Assembly (NCBI GenBank): GCA_963668025.2
Contig: CAXXTH010000011.1
Span: 1 to 64,000, forward strand
DNA: 64,000 nt
Reading direction: 5' to 3'
DNA from: Candidatus Hydrogenedentota bacterium
GTDB taxonomy: Bacteria; Hydrogenedentota; Hydrogenedentia; Hydrogenedentales; SLHB01
The notes under the pieces are model-generated. The model did not search any database and was not told the DNA's origin. It saw only the letters and a program-made list of their open reading frames with translations. How positions within the stretch are numbered: position 1 is the first letter of the stretch; the number at the start of each line of letters is the position of its first letter. Positions 42,139-55,240 of this stretch are shown piece by piece. The position numbers and the translations under genes are program-made.

Positions 42139-42178
42139 ATTTTCTGCATCGTTTTTCGATTAATGTGCTCTTCCATAC

Positions 42179-45364
<3,186 letters not shown>

Positions 45365-45483
45365 TTATCAGCCAGAATCGAAGAGCGCAAGCAGTGGCGT
45401 TTCCAGGAAATGATCGGTGCAGTATTATAAATACTCTAAATATATAAAATATATAGTAAATTAGCTATAAAGGATACTTAAAA

Positions 45484-45546
45484 TTTACCACAAAGACACG
45501 AAGACACAAAGAGTCATTCCTGGTGTCTTTGTGTCTTAGTGGTAAA
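45484..45546. repeat. Palindromic repeat (ACCACAAAGACAC..GTGTCTTAGTGGT type)
   Basis: TTTACCACAAAGACACGAAGACAC, loop, GTGTCTTTGTGTCTTAGTGGTAAA. Confidence 0.8.
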
Positions 45547-45671
45547 ATAATAGATAAATCCCACAACAATGTTCTCTATATGTTCAGCGCCAAATCGATA
45601 TGCTTGTTTTAGGGCTATTTCATAGTATAATCCATTTGCTTTCATACACAGAAAGAGGGATGTGTGATGCT
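45514..45671 (+). repeat. Direct repeat copy 1 (promoter, RBS and start codon cassette)
   Basis: Aligns with 47368-47517; carries TTGTTT..TATAAT, GAAAGAGGGA and GTGATGCT. Confidence 0.9.
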
Positions 45672-45697
45672 CCGAAGATGCCCGGCTGGGCGTCACG

Positions 45698-46117
45698 ATG
45701 GCGATGGGCGGGCACCAAACGCAAGCGGCCATGGATGCCTTGTTGAAACTGGCGCATGATCCGGACAGGGACGTGCGCGACTGGGCCGTCTTCGCGCTTG
45801 GTTCACTCAGTCAAGCGCACAACGAGGCGATACGCACCGTTCTGTGGACTCGGGTTTCCGATCCGGACGCCGAGATACGCGCCGAGGCGTTGATGGGCCT
45901 TGCCGTGCGTAAAGCGCCAGGGGCTGCGGCTGCTATTTTGGAGGAACTCAAAAAGGGCGATCCGATAGCCCTGCTGATTGAAGCGGTCGGAGAGACCGGC
46001 GATCCCTTCTTGTATGAAGCACTTTTCGCCGATAAGGCCCAGATCGAGCCGGGCGACGATGAAGTGTATTGCATCACGCTGGACGATGCCATTGAAAAAT
46101 GCACACCAAAGATATGA
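45698..46117 (+). CDS. HEAT-repeat protein, probably 5'-truncated
   Basis: DPDRDVRDWAVFALG and DPDAEIRAEALMGLA repeats. Confidence 0.7.
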   Translation: MAMGGHQTQAAMDALLKLAHDPDRDVRDWAVFALGSLSQAHNEAIRTVLWTRVSDPDAEIRAEALMGLAVRKAPGAAAAILEELKKGDPIALLIEAVGETGDPFLYEALFADKAQIEPGDDEVYCITLDDAIEKCTPKI

Positions 46118-46201
46118 AGACTGATCCATGTCATTTTTGTGTAATGGTATAGTAATTTTGTATATGTATTAATGTGGCTTGCTAGAAATGGAGTGTAACT
46201 G

Positions 46202-47281
46202 ATGCAACAATTTAACATTCGGCCCATAACCTTGTCTATTTATCTTGTCTTGTGCGCTGCCTTCTCATACTTTCAAGCCTCCGCCCAGAATACACCGCCG
46301 GAAACGGTTTCAGGTTACGATTTGCCCATCTCTAGCCGTTCGTATACAGAGCCCCTTTCTCCTGAACCTATTTCAGGTTCCATTACAGAGGAGACAGAGA
46401 TACATAATGTGATAAGCGCCACTGATGTCAGTGAAATTCGATTTGCCATTGGTGCCGAAGGGAATGCTTGTTTTATCATGTCTCACCAAGACAATCGGAC
46501 AGAAATGTTGCTCCTTTCTCCATCGGAAGCCATATGGTTTTCTTCCATGTCTGAAGCTGTTATCAAGATTTCCTCCCTGCTTGCGTTGCAAGATGATCGC
46601 TTAATGCATACTGTGTATAACGTTTGTTCCTTCTTGTTCCCATTACAGTATCAGAGTAAAGAAAGCATGCGCCTAAAGACATTTTCAAAAACAACCACAA
46701 GCGAGGGCGTTGTTTATAAGGAAATAGAGAGCGATTCCAGTAAAAAGCAGGCCGAAGAATACAACATATACACATTTAAAAAGAATCTGGATCGCTACTT
46801 AATATGTGATGTATGTTCGGGCTCTAAATTTGGAACGTCACATAACGCATGGGAATATATGGATGAAGTTCCTGGTCTGGGTTTTGTTCCTAGGAGTTAC
46901 ACCTGTACGTTTTCCAGCGATAAGCGCTCAGGCAGAATGAATAGCCTGGAAATGGACTCGGCTGTAGTTAAGCTTACACTAGCTAGTATGACCCAAGAAA
47001 TCCATGATGCTATACAGAATGCTCCAACCTACGATTATACTTCTCCGCTAACCGCCCTCATATGGAGGGCTCTTGGTTCCGTGGATGAAGAGGATTTCTA
47101 TTTTGTAGATGATTGCGCCAATTGGGAACGAGGACGCACCTATTTTTGCTTGCCTATTGTTATTCAATGGCTCGTTTTACTCATTATACTCATTCTCACG
47201 GGAAGCATTACGCTTGTTGTTGTAAAGACGATGCGAAAGAGGCAGTGTAATATCAAAGCAGCGACGAATGGGATTCATTGA
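46202..47281 (+). CDS. AT-rich exported protein with a C-terminal membrane anchor
   Basis: Signal peptide ending ASA-Q; C-terminal hydrophobic stretch followed by KTMRKR. Confidence 0.7.
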   Translation: MQQFNIRPITLSIYLVLCAAFSYFQASAQNTPPETVSGYDLPISSRSYTEPLSPEPISGSITEETEIHNVISATDVSEIRFAIGAEGNACFIMSHQDNRTEMLLLSPSEAIWFSSMSEAVIKISSLLALQDDRLMHTVYNVCSFLFPLQYQSKESMRLKTFSKTTTSEGVVYKEIESDSSKKQAEEYNIYTFKKNLDRYLICDVCSGSKFGTSHNAWEYMDEVPGLGFVPRSYTCTFSSDKRSGRMNSLEMDSAVVKLTLASMTQEIHDAIQNAPTYDYTSPLTALIWRALGSVDEEDFYFVDDCANWERGRTYFCLPIVIQWLVLLIILILTGSITLVVVKTMRKRQCNIKAATNGIH

Positions 47282-47367
47282 TAGGAGTACAATGAAAATG
47301 GAATGGTGATGCATTTATGCATTTAGGTGTATATTAATATTATTGATTACAAGGAAGGCGCCAATTA

Positions 47368-47517
47368 TCATTCCTGGTTTCTTAGTGGTAAAATAATAGC
47401 AAAATCTTACAACAATGATCCCTTCAAGTTCCGCGCCAAATCGATATGCTTGTTTTAGGGCTATCTCATAGTATAATCCATCTGCTTCTTTATACGGAAA
47501 GAGGGATGTGTGATGCT
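47368..47517 (+). repeat. Direct repeat copy 2
   Basis: See 45514-45671; retains only the right half of the hairpin. Confidence 0.9.
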
Positions 47518-47555
47518 TCCTATTCAGAATAACTTATCAATGCTGATGGTGTGCG

Positions 47556-48089
47556 GTGTTCGGCCGTAGCCACAGGCGTGAGCGGAGGAAAAAGGCGGCC
47601 GTGGCGGCCAGTATAGCCCTATTCGCTATATTGTTGTTGGTTGTGGTACGCGTCATCAGGGAGAACGCTTTTTCTTCTGGGGGATTCAACCTGCCTACAT
47701 TAAGCGTGGGGCCTCAAGATGTGGGGGAGGCGTCGGACTTAATCGAGGCCCTTGGCCCCGAGCCTAATGATGACAAAGTGATCGAGGCGGTTAAGAATCC
47801 GAATCTACCCGGGCGGCTTCTCGCGATCGAATTTTTGGGGGAAGGTGGGTATGGCGATGCGATTCCGGTGCTCGAGCGCATCGTGCGCAGTTCAACCGAC
47901 ACCGCGAGCATGCGCGCCGCCGCGCTCGAATCCATTTTTCTTATCGCTGAACACAAAGGCCGCTGGCTGGCGGAAGAATTCAAGCAGCATCCTCAACTCA
48001 AGGACGCCGCGCAACGTATTATAAACGATCCCGACTCTATTCGTAACCGTCCATCACGCTGCCGGGCGCTTATACGGCTGGCAAAGTAG
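47556..48089 (+). CDS. Membrane-anchored HEAT-repeat protein (true start may be ATG 47513 if one base is extra)
   Basis: Basic stretch then TM; HEAT-like AIPVLERIV..MRAAALESI. Confidence 0.6.
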   Translation: MFGRSHRRERRKKAAVAASIALFAILLLVVVRVIRENAFSSGGFNLPTLSVGPQDVGEASDLIEALGPEPNDDKVIEAVKNPNLPGRLLAIEFLGEGGYGDAIPVLERIVRSSTDTASMRAAALESIFLIAEHKGRWLAEEFKQHPQLKDAAQRIINDPDSIRNRPSRCRALIRLAK

Positions 48090-48093
48090 CGCG

Positions 48094-49071
48094 TTAGCCT
48101 CGTTCGGGTTTGGCGTCCCGGCGCATTAGGGTACGCACAGCGCTCGATATGTCCGCGCCATCGAACAGGATATGGTGGACTTGCTCGGTGATAGGCATTT
48201 CGACATCGTATCGTTGCGCTAAGGCATACGCGGAACGGGCCGTGCGGACGCCTTCCGCCACCATGGCGGTCGCGCCCAGAATCTCGTTGAGCGTATGGCC
48301 CTTGGCGATTTTTTCACCCACCGAGCGGTTGCGTGAGTGGCGGCTTTCACACGTGACAATGAGGTCGCCCATGCCGCTCAACCCTGCGAATGTCAGCGAC
48401 TCCGCACCCATAGCCACACCCAGCCGTGCGATCTCCGCCAGGCCTCGCGTGATGAGGGCCGCTTTGGCGTTATCGCCCAACGCAAATCCATCACAAACGC
48501 CCGCTGCGATGGCGATAACATTTTTTAGGGAGCCGCCGAGTTCAACGCCCGCCAAATCGCCGCTGGTGTACACCCGGAAGGTGTCGGACATGAACGCCCG
48601 CTGGACCTTCTCACAATGGGCAGGTTCGTCGCCCGCCACCACCACGGAAGCAGGCAGATCCCGCGCCACTTCTTCCGCATGGCTCGGGCCAGACAATGCC
48701 ATCACCGGGCATGGCCCGCAGACGGAACGGATCACCTCGCTCATGCGCAGCAGGCTGTCATTCTCGATGCCCTTGGCCACACTAACCCGCAAGGTGTCTG
48801 GCGAGAAGCGCAATTGGGACACCACGGCGCGCATGGCATGGGAAGGCACGGCCAGCACAGCTATCTCGGCGCTGGGATCGGCTTCCCGCACCACCTCCAC
48901 CGATTCAGGCAGCAGCACATCTGGCAGAAAAAGCGGACTCTGCCGCGTGGTGCGCAATGCATCCGGGCCATCCTCTTCGCGGCACCATAAGCGCACGGAA
49001 TGGCCATTATTGCCCAGCAGGCGCGCCAGCGCCAGCCCCCAGCTTCCAGAACCTATCACTTGAATATTCAT
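48094..49071 (-). CDS. gpsA: NAD(P)H-dependent glycerol-3-phosphate dehydrogenase
   Basis: GSGSWG, KGIE, SGPSHAEEV, LKNVIAIAAG, GMGDLIVTC..SRN, AEGV. Confidence 0.96.
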   Translation of the reverse strand: MNIQVIGSGSWGLALARLLGNNGHSVRLWCREEDGPDALRTTRQSPLFLPDVLLPESVEVVREADPSAEIAVLAVPSHAMRAVVSQLRFSPDTLRVSVAKGIENDSLLRMSEVIRSVCGPCPVMALSGPSHAEEVARDLPASVVVAGDEPAHCEKVQRAFMSDTFRVYTSGDLAGVELGGSLKNVIAIAAGVCDGFALGDNAKAALITRGLAEIARLGVAMGAESLTFAGLSGMGDLIVTCESRHSRNRSVGEKIAKGHTLNEILGATAMVAEGVRTARSAYALAQRYDVEMPITEQVHHILFDGADISSAVRTLMRRDAKPERG

Positions 49072-49355
49072 AGTGCAAGGTTATACATCATTTTTGAGGA
49101 GAAATCGAGTAAAGGATGGCGCTCACGGCTGTTCCATGAGCTCCCTGCATTTTTGAAATCTTCACCGGCCAGATTTGATCAATGACGTTCAACTATGATA
49201 GCTTCAACTCTTATTGCATGGCAAAAAAAATGAAAAGAAGCTTTCTGTAAATGCAATGATACCGCATGCCACTTAGGGGGTGTAAAACTCGCCGGGGTAT
49301 TTAAATCGGGGGTATCCTTCAACAGAGGCAGGATAGGGAAAAGGATCTTCAATTC

Positions 49356-50045
49356 ATGAATGAGTATGCTTCTTTCATCAAAACGAAGTTTGACCAGTTC
49401 AAAAGGAAAAGCGCCTTTGCTCCGCTGGTCTGCTGGCCAGTATGCGATGATGACGGCATGATCCGCGCTTTCTTGCGGCCGGTGACGGCGGATTTCCGTA
49501 TCACCTCGCCTCATTATGTATCGTTATTCAGCCAATGGCGGCGGGAAAATCCCACCGTGTCGCGGGGCGTATTCGAGATTACCGACGAGAGAACCGAGCG
49601 CTGGCTGGATAATCTCGTCATCAATAGGGATGACCGTATCCTCTTCATGGTTGTAGATTTAAACGGAAAAGAGCTAGGCCACCTCGGTTTTTCCACTTTC
49701 AAATACGATGAGCGTGAAGCAGAGGTGGATTATGTGCTTCGAGGCGTGAAGGATACGCTCCCCGGCCTCATGTATTATGCGATGATCGCACTTATGCGCC
49801 TGGGCTTATCCGAGCTGGATCTGCGAGTCATTTCCTTGCGGGTTTTCGCGGATAATGAGCACGCGGTGAAGTTTTATGAACGGTGCGGCTTTTCCATCAC
49901 GGGGCGTATTCCTTTGTATTGGAGTGTATTGCCGGATGGGGAAGAACGTTGGGAAGAAGAACCTGCCCATGCAGGCCAGGAGCCGGGACGTTTCTATAGT
50001 GAGATGATATTGAACAATGCCTTCATTCAGTCCAAGATGGCTTAA
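49356..50045 (+). CDS. GNAT family N-acetyltransferase
   Basis: LRVFADNEHAVKFYERCGF motif. Confidence 0.8.
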   Translation: MNEYASFIKTKFDQFKRKSAFAPLVCWPVCDDDGMIRAFLRPVTADFRITSPHYVSLFSQWRRENPTVSRGVFEITDERTERWLDNLVINRDDRILFMVVDLNGKELGHLGFSTFKYDEREAEVDYVLRGVKDTLPGLMYYAMIALMRLGLSELDLRVISLRVFADNEHAVKFYERCGFSITGRIPLYWSVLPDGEERWEEEPAHAGQEPGRFYSEMILNNAFIQSKMA

Positions 50046-50065
50046 TCTGGGGAGGCTGTTAAATT

Positions 50066-51121
50066 TTGAACGTGCAACCGCCGAATAATCATGGCGTAGT
50101 GGCTGGCGCGGAAAGCGAAGCGGATTCGCTTTTCCGGCCTGTGATTAGCATTGTGACGCCTTGCTATAACGAGCAGGGAAATATTCATCGCGTTGTTAGC
50201 GCCGTACGGGATATCTTTCAGAACTTGCCTGCCGTGGCGTATGAGCACATTTTCGCCGACAATTGCTCCACCGATGAAACCCTTCCCATGCTGCGGGAGC
50301 TTGCCCGCACGGATAAACGGATAAAAATTATTGCGAACGCCCGGAATTTCGGCGCTTCCCGTTCCGTGTTCAATGCTTTGCTGGCCAGCAAAGGCAACGC
50401 GGCTATTCTATTGGCGGCCGATCTCGAGGATCCGGCGGAACTGATTCCCCTGTTCATTGAAAAATGGCGGGAAGGGAATCCCATCGTGTTCGGTGTCCGC
50501 GAAAAACGAAGCGGCTCGAAGCTCATGGCGTTGTTGCGGAAAATCTACTACCGGGTGTTGAATGCCGTTTCGGAAGATGAACTCCTGAATGATGCAGGCG
50601 ATTTTGTTCTTATTGATCAACGGGTGATCGAAGTATTGCGGCATGTCAATCATCAAGAACCCTACCTGCGGGGCATCTTGACATCCCTCGGATTTCCCTA
50701 TACTGGCATCAAGTATTGTATGAGTAAACGGACCTGGGGTAAATCCAAGACTAATCCCATCTATTTGATTATGTATTCGCTCAATGCCTTGGTAGCCCAT
50801 TCCCGTTTTCCGATAAAATTAGCGACGCTTGGCGGGCTGGTGGTTGCTTTTTTTTCGCTGTTGTATGCAGTAGTCACGTTTGCGGTAAAACTGTTTGTAG
50901 GCAGTTCTGCCCCGCCTGGTCTAGTTACTGTCGCGATAGGGGTTTTCTTTTTAGGCGGCTGCCAGTTATTTACATTAGGCTTCATAGGTGAATATATCGC
51001 TTCCATGCACCGGCTGATGAAAAATCACCCGCTCGTGATCGAACGGGAGCGGATAAATTTCGATGGCAATACAGGCGATGAAGCAGAAGCTAGTTCAGAA
51101 TCTAGCATGAAAAGAGAGTAG
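50066..51121 (+). CDS. GT2 polyprenyl-phosphate glycosyltransferase (GtrB/ArnC-like)
   Basis: PCYNE, DNCSTD, RNFG, ADLEDP, GDFVLID; two C-terminal TMs and IGEYI. Confidence 0.88.
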   Translation: MNVQPPNNHGVVAGAESEADSLFRPVISIVTPCYNEQGNIHRVVSAVRDIFQNLPAVAYEHIFADNCSTDETLPMLRELARTDKRIKIIANARNFGASRSVFNALLASKGNAAILLAADLEDPAELIPLFIEKWREGNPIVFGVREKRSGSKLMALLRKIYYRVLNAVSEDELLNDAGDFVLIDQRVIEVLRHVNHQEPYLRGILTSLGFPYTGIKYCMSKRTWGKSKTNPIYLIMYSLNALVAHSRFPIKLATLGGLVVAFFSLLYAVVTFAVKLFVGSSAPPGLVTVAIGVFFLGGCQLFTLGFIGEYIASMHRLMKNHPLVIERERINFDGNTGDEAEASSESSMKRE

Positions 51122-51126
51122 AAGAT

Positions 51127-52282
51127 ATGGCTTTAAGCATTGGCAAACGTACGGATTCCATCGTTCAGTCCGAAATCCGCAACATGTCGATCGAATGTGA
51201 TCGGGCAGGCGGCATCAACCTATCTCAAGGCATATGTGATCTTCCCGTGCCGGAACCAGTCAGGCAAGGCGCGCATGACGCTATCGAGGCGGGCGTAAAC
51301 CAATATACGCGCTATGATGGGCTGGCGGAGTTGCGTGCCGCCATCGCGGAAAAGCTTGTTTCATACAACCGCATTCCCGCCGATCCCGCGAAAAATATCA
51401 CCGTATCCAGCGGCTCGACGGGGGCGTTGTATTCGGCAGGGCTGGCGCTGATGAATCCTGGCGATGAAGTCATTCTTTTCGAGCCGTATTACGGATACCA
51501 TCTCAACACGATTCTGGCGCTTGATCTCGTACCGCGCTATGTCCGTTTAACGCCGCCCCATTGGACTTTCGACGCGGCTGACCTGGAAGCAGTGGTGACG
51601 CCCCGGACGCGCGCCATCATGATCTGCACGCCATCCAATCCCTGCGGCAAAGTGATGACATGCGAAGAGCTGGAATTCCTGGGCAATTTCGCCATTAAGC
51701 ATAATATCTTCGTGTTCACGGATGAGATTTATGAATACTTCGTCTACGATGGCCGTGAGCACATCAGCCCCGCGTCGTTGGAGTGTATCCGTGACCGCAC
51801 GATTTCGATCTCAGGCTATTCGAAAACCTTCAGCATCACGGGCTGGCGCATCGGATATGCGCATTGCGATGAACGCTGGACGCAGATGATCGGTTATGTG
51901 AACGATTTGGTGTATGTCTGCGCGCCTGCTCCCTTGCAGTTAGGCGTGGCGCGTGGCATCCGCGAACTGCCGCATGCGTATTATGAACAGCTTTGCCAAA
52001 CCTACGCCCATAAACGCGCCATGATTTGCACGACCTTGGAGGAATGCGGCATAACGCCCTATCCGCCACAGGGCGCTTATTATGTGCTGGCGGATGTTTC
52101 CCGCCTTCCGGGCGGCACAAGCAAAGAAAAAGCCCATGTATTTGCTGAAGCAAACAGGTGTGGCTTCTGTTCCAGGGAGCGCTTTCTATCATGATGGCGC
52201 TGGTGAAAAGCTGGTGCGTTTCTGTTTCGCCAAGGATGAGGAAGTATTGTCGGAAGCCTGCGAACGGCTCCGAAAACTGTAG
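51127..52282 (+). CDS. Class I/II PLP aminotransferase (extra C near 52135)
   Basis: INLSQG, TPSNPCG, DEIY, SKTFSITGWRIG; +1 frame supplies VPGSAF..VRFCFAK. Confidence 0.88.
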
Positions 52283-52293
52283 GAAGTGAAGAG

Positions 52294-53397
52294 ATGCGCA
52301 AGAAGATAGCATTTGCTGGACCATGGATTACGCAAAAAGAAATTGATTATGTCACCGACGCGACATGGAACGGTTTCTACGAAACATATGACCAGCATGC
52401 AAAAAAACTAGAAAAGACTATTTGTGAATATCTAGGCGTCAAGCATGCTATTGCGACGCATTGCTGCACGCTGGCGCTGCATCTTGCGTGCGCCAGCCTC
52501 GGCCTCAAGGAAGGCGACGAGGTCATCTGCACGGATTTCAGTTGGATCGCCACGGCGTACGCCATCAAATACACGGGAGCAGAGCCGGTATTGGTGGACA
52601 TCGACCCGGATACCTGGTGCATTTCGCCCGCAGCTATCCGCGCCGCCATCACGCCCAAGACGAAAGCGATCATGCTGGTGCATTGTTTTGGCCATCCCGC
52701 CCAGATGGATGAGATCATGGCCATTGCCCGTGAACACCGCCTCCGGGTGATTGAAGACGCTGCACCCGCGCTGGGCGCGGAATTCAACGGCCAAAAGACC
52801 GGAACCTTCGGCGATTTCGCCTGTTTCAGCTTCCAAGGCGCCAAGCTGACCGTCAGCGGCGAAGGCGGCGTGGTTGTCACTAATGACGATGAGCTTTATG
52901 AGAAGGCCGCGCTGCTGGCCTCGATGGGCCGGACGGATTCGCAGGCGGTCTTCTGGTCGGACGCCCTTGGATTCCAATATACTATCGCGAATTTGACCGC
53001 CGCACTGGCGCTGGCGCAAGTCGAGCGCATCGACGAACTACTTTGGAAAAAGCGCCAAATCTTCAATTGGTATCTTGAGCGCCTGAAAGACGTGCCAGGA
53101 ATTCATCTCATCGTCGAGAAGGAAGGCTGCAAGAGCAATTACTGTTATCCATCCATGTTGCTCGATGAGGATGTACGCACGCCCCGCGATGAGATTTTGC
53201 GGCAATTCCGGGAGCGCAATATTCATTGCCGGCCTGGATTCCCGCGCATGAGCCGTTTCCCCACACTCGAACAGCGGTATCCCAATCCGGCCGCCCAGGC
53301 CGTCGAGGAACGGGGTATATCGCTGGCAGCCGCGGCAAATCTGAATGAAGAAGACATTGATTTCGTCTGTGAAAGCTTAAAGGAACTTGTACTCTGA
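52294..53397 (+). CDS. DegT/DnrJ/EryC1/StrS sugar aminotransferase
   Basis: CTLALHLA, IEDAA, FSFQGAK (PLP lysine present), GEGG. Confidence 0.9.
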   Translation: MRKKIAFAGPWITQKEIDYVTDATWNGFYETYDQHAKKLEKTICEYLGVKHAIATHCCTLALHLACASLGLKEGDEVICTDFSWIATAYAIKYTGAEPVLVDIDPDTWCISPAAIRAAITPKTKAIMLVHCFGHPAQMDEIMAIAREHRLRVIEDAAPALGAEFNGQKTGTFGDFACFSFQGAKLTVSGEGGVVVTNDDELYEKAALLASMGRTDSQAVFWSDALGFQYTIANLTAALALAQVERIDELLWKKRQIFNWYLERLKDVPGIHLIVEKEGCKSNYCYPSMLLDEDVRTPRDEILRQFRERNIHCRPGFPRMSRFPTLEQRYPNPAAQAVEERGISLAAAANLNEEDIDFVCESLKELVL

Positions 53398-53425
53398 AAG
53401 TCGGAAGAAGGGCACAATAAATAAC

Positions 53426-55210
53426 ATGCGTGTAGCGGATTATATAACGGACCAGATTTACAAAGCGGGCGGCGAGGATGTATTTCTCATCACTGGCGGC
53501 ATGATCATGCATCTCATGGATGCGCTTTTACTACATCCGCATCAGCGGTATGTATGCTGCCATCACGAGCAGGCCGCCGCCATGGCGGCGGAAGCTTATG
53601 GACGATATACCGGGCGTTTGGGCGCGGCTTATGTCACGGCGGGGCCAGGCGCCTTGAACACCTTGACTGGCGTCGTGGGAGCGTATTTAGACGGTGCGCC
53701 GTGTATTATCGTGGCGGGACAATCGAAAATCTCGCAGGCAAAAGTAGTTGGGCCCCGCCAATTCGCGCATCAAGGTTTTCATACGCTTCCTATTTTCCAG
53801 CAAGTGACGAAATACGCCGTGATGCTGGATGATATTACCCGTGTGCGGTATGAAGTAGAGAAGGCGATCTACATGGCCACCTCGCACCGGGTAGGGCCGG
53901 TGTGGCTCGAGGTGCCCATCGACATTCAAGGCGCGCCTTTTGAGCCAAGCCAATATGAAGGATACACACCCGAGCCTTCGGAACAGGCCTTATTCAAGCC
54001 GGATAGCGCGGATGTCGCCCGTGTGGCGGAAGCCCTTCGTAACAGCCGCCGCCCCAGTATTATCGCGGGCGCGGGCGTCCGGGCTTCGGGCGCGGTGGAG
54101 GCCTTGCAGCGGTTTATCGAGAAACGCAATATCCCAATGATGACCTCCCGCCTTGGCATGGATCTGATTAGTGTTGATCATCCTCTATATGTGGGCAGGC
54201 CCGGCACTTACGGTGATCGCCCCGCTAATTTTACGGTGCAGAATTCTGACTTGCTTATTGTGCTTGGCTGTCGACTTGCCATTGGCTTGGTTGGTTATGA
54301 TTATCAAGGATTCGCTCCTAACGCCACAAAAATCATGGTGGACGTGGACGTAAAAGAACTAGAGAAGCCTTCGGTCGTGCCCGATATCCCTGTGCTCGCG
54401 GATGTCGATTTGTTTTTACGCGCGTTGGAGGAGGCGTTAGGCGATTTCCGATTTGACAATCAACCATGGGTGGAACAAACCCAGCACTGGAAACACACAT
54501 ATCCAACGGCATTGCCTGAGTATGCGGAAGAAACAGAAGGCGTGAATTCCTATCATTTTACGGATGTTTTTTCACGCAAATTGCCAGAAGACGCCGTTTT
54601 TTCGTGTGATACGGGTTCTTGCTTCCACGTGCATGCCCAGGCCTTTCGAGTGAAATACGGCCAGCGCCATATCATCACCGGCGGGCTTTCGACCATGGGA
54701 TATTTTCCAGGATCGGTTGGCGTAGCTGTCGCGAGGAAAGATCGTGATGTGTATTGCATCACGGGCGATGGGTCTTTCCAAATGAACCTTCAAGAGCTGC
54801 AAACTATCGCACATCACCATCTTCCAGTAAAAATAGTGATGTATCATAATAGCGGTTATTTGCTCATTCGCCTGACGCAAGTAAATTTCCAGGAAAGCCG
54901 CTTCATGGGCATCGATACGCCTACGGGCATGAGCACGCCGGATATGGAAAAGATCGCCGACGCGTATGGCATTCATTTCATCCGCATCGCGTCACGAGAT
55001 GAACTAGACGCCAAGCTGGATGAGTTAATTGCGTACAAAGGGCCGGTTATTTGTGAAGTGCGCATGCCCAGTGACCAGCTTTTAGGCCCTCGCGTAGCAT
55101 CCCGAAAACTAGATGATGGCAGCATGGTCTCTTGCCCATATGATGACATGTTCCCATTTTTACCCCGGGATGAATATGAACAAAACAATGTGTGTGGGCG
55201 TATTGTATAA
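53426..55210 (+). CDS. ThDP-dependent acetolactate-synthase-like enzyme (YerE-like carboligase)
   Basis: HHEQAAAMAAE, TAGPG, GDGSFQMNLQEL..HNSGY ThDP motif; sugar cluster context. Confidence 0.85.
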   Translation: MRVADYITDQIYKAGGEDVFLITGGMIMHLMDALLLHPHQRYVCCHHEQAAAMAAEAYGRYTGRLGAAYVTAGPGALNTLTGVVGAYLDGAPCIIVAGQSKISQAKVVGPRQFAHQGFHTLPIFQQVTKYAVMLDDITRVRYEVEKAIYMATSHRVGPVWLEVPIDIQGAPFEPSQYEGYTPEPSEQALFKPDSADVARVAEALRNSRRPSIIAGAGVRASGAVEALQRFIEKRNIPMMTSRLGMDLISVDHPLYVGRPGTYGDRPANFTVQNSDLLIVLGCRLAIGLVGYDYQGFAPNATKIMVDVDVKELEKPSVVPDIPVLADVDLFLRALEEALGDFRFDNQPWVEQTQHWKHTYPTALPEYAEETEGVNSYHFTDVFSRKLPEDAVFSCDTGSCFHVHAQAFRVKYGQRHIITGGLSTMGYFPGSVGVAVARKDRDVYCITGDGSFQMNLQELQTIAHHHLPVKIVMYHNSGYLLIRLTQVNFQESRFMGIDTPTGMSTPDMEKIADAYGIHFIRIASRDELDAKLDELIAYKGPVICEVRMPSDQLLGPRVASRKLDDGSMVSCPYDDMFPFLPRDEYEQNNVCGRIV

Positions 55211-55240
55211 CTAAATGCCAAGATCGAGGAGACTTGCTTC

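Noticed and set aside
45662-45667. TGA recoding (GTG-TGA in frame with the HEAT ORF)
   Set aside because: Many conserved genes here end in TGA at the expected position, so the standard bacterial code applies.
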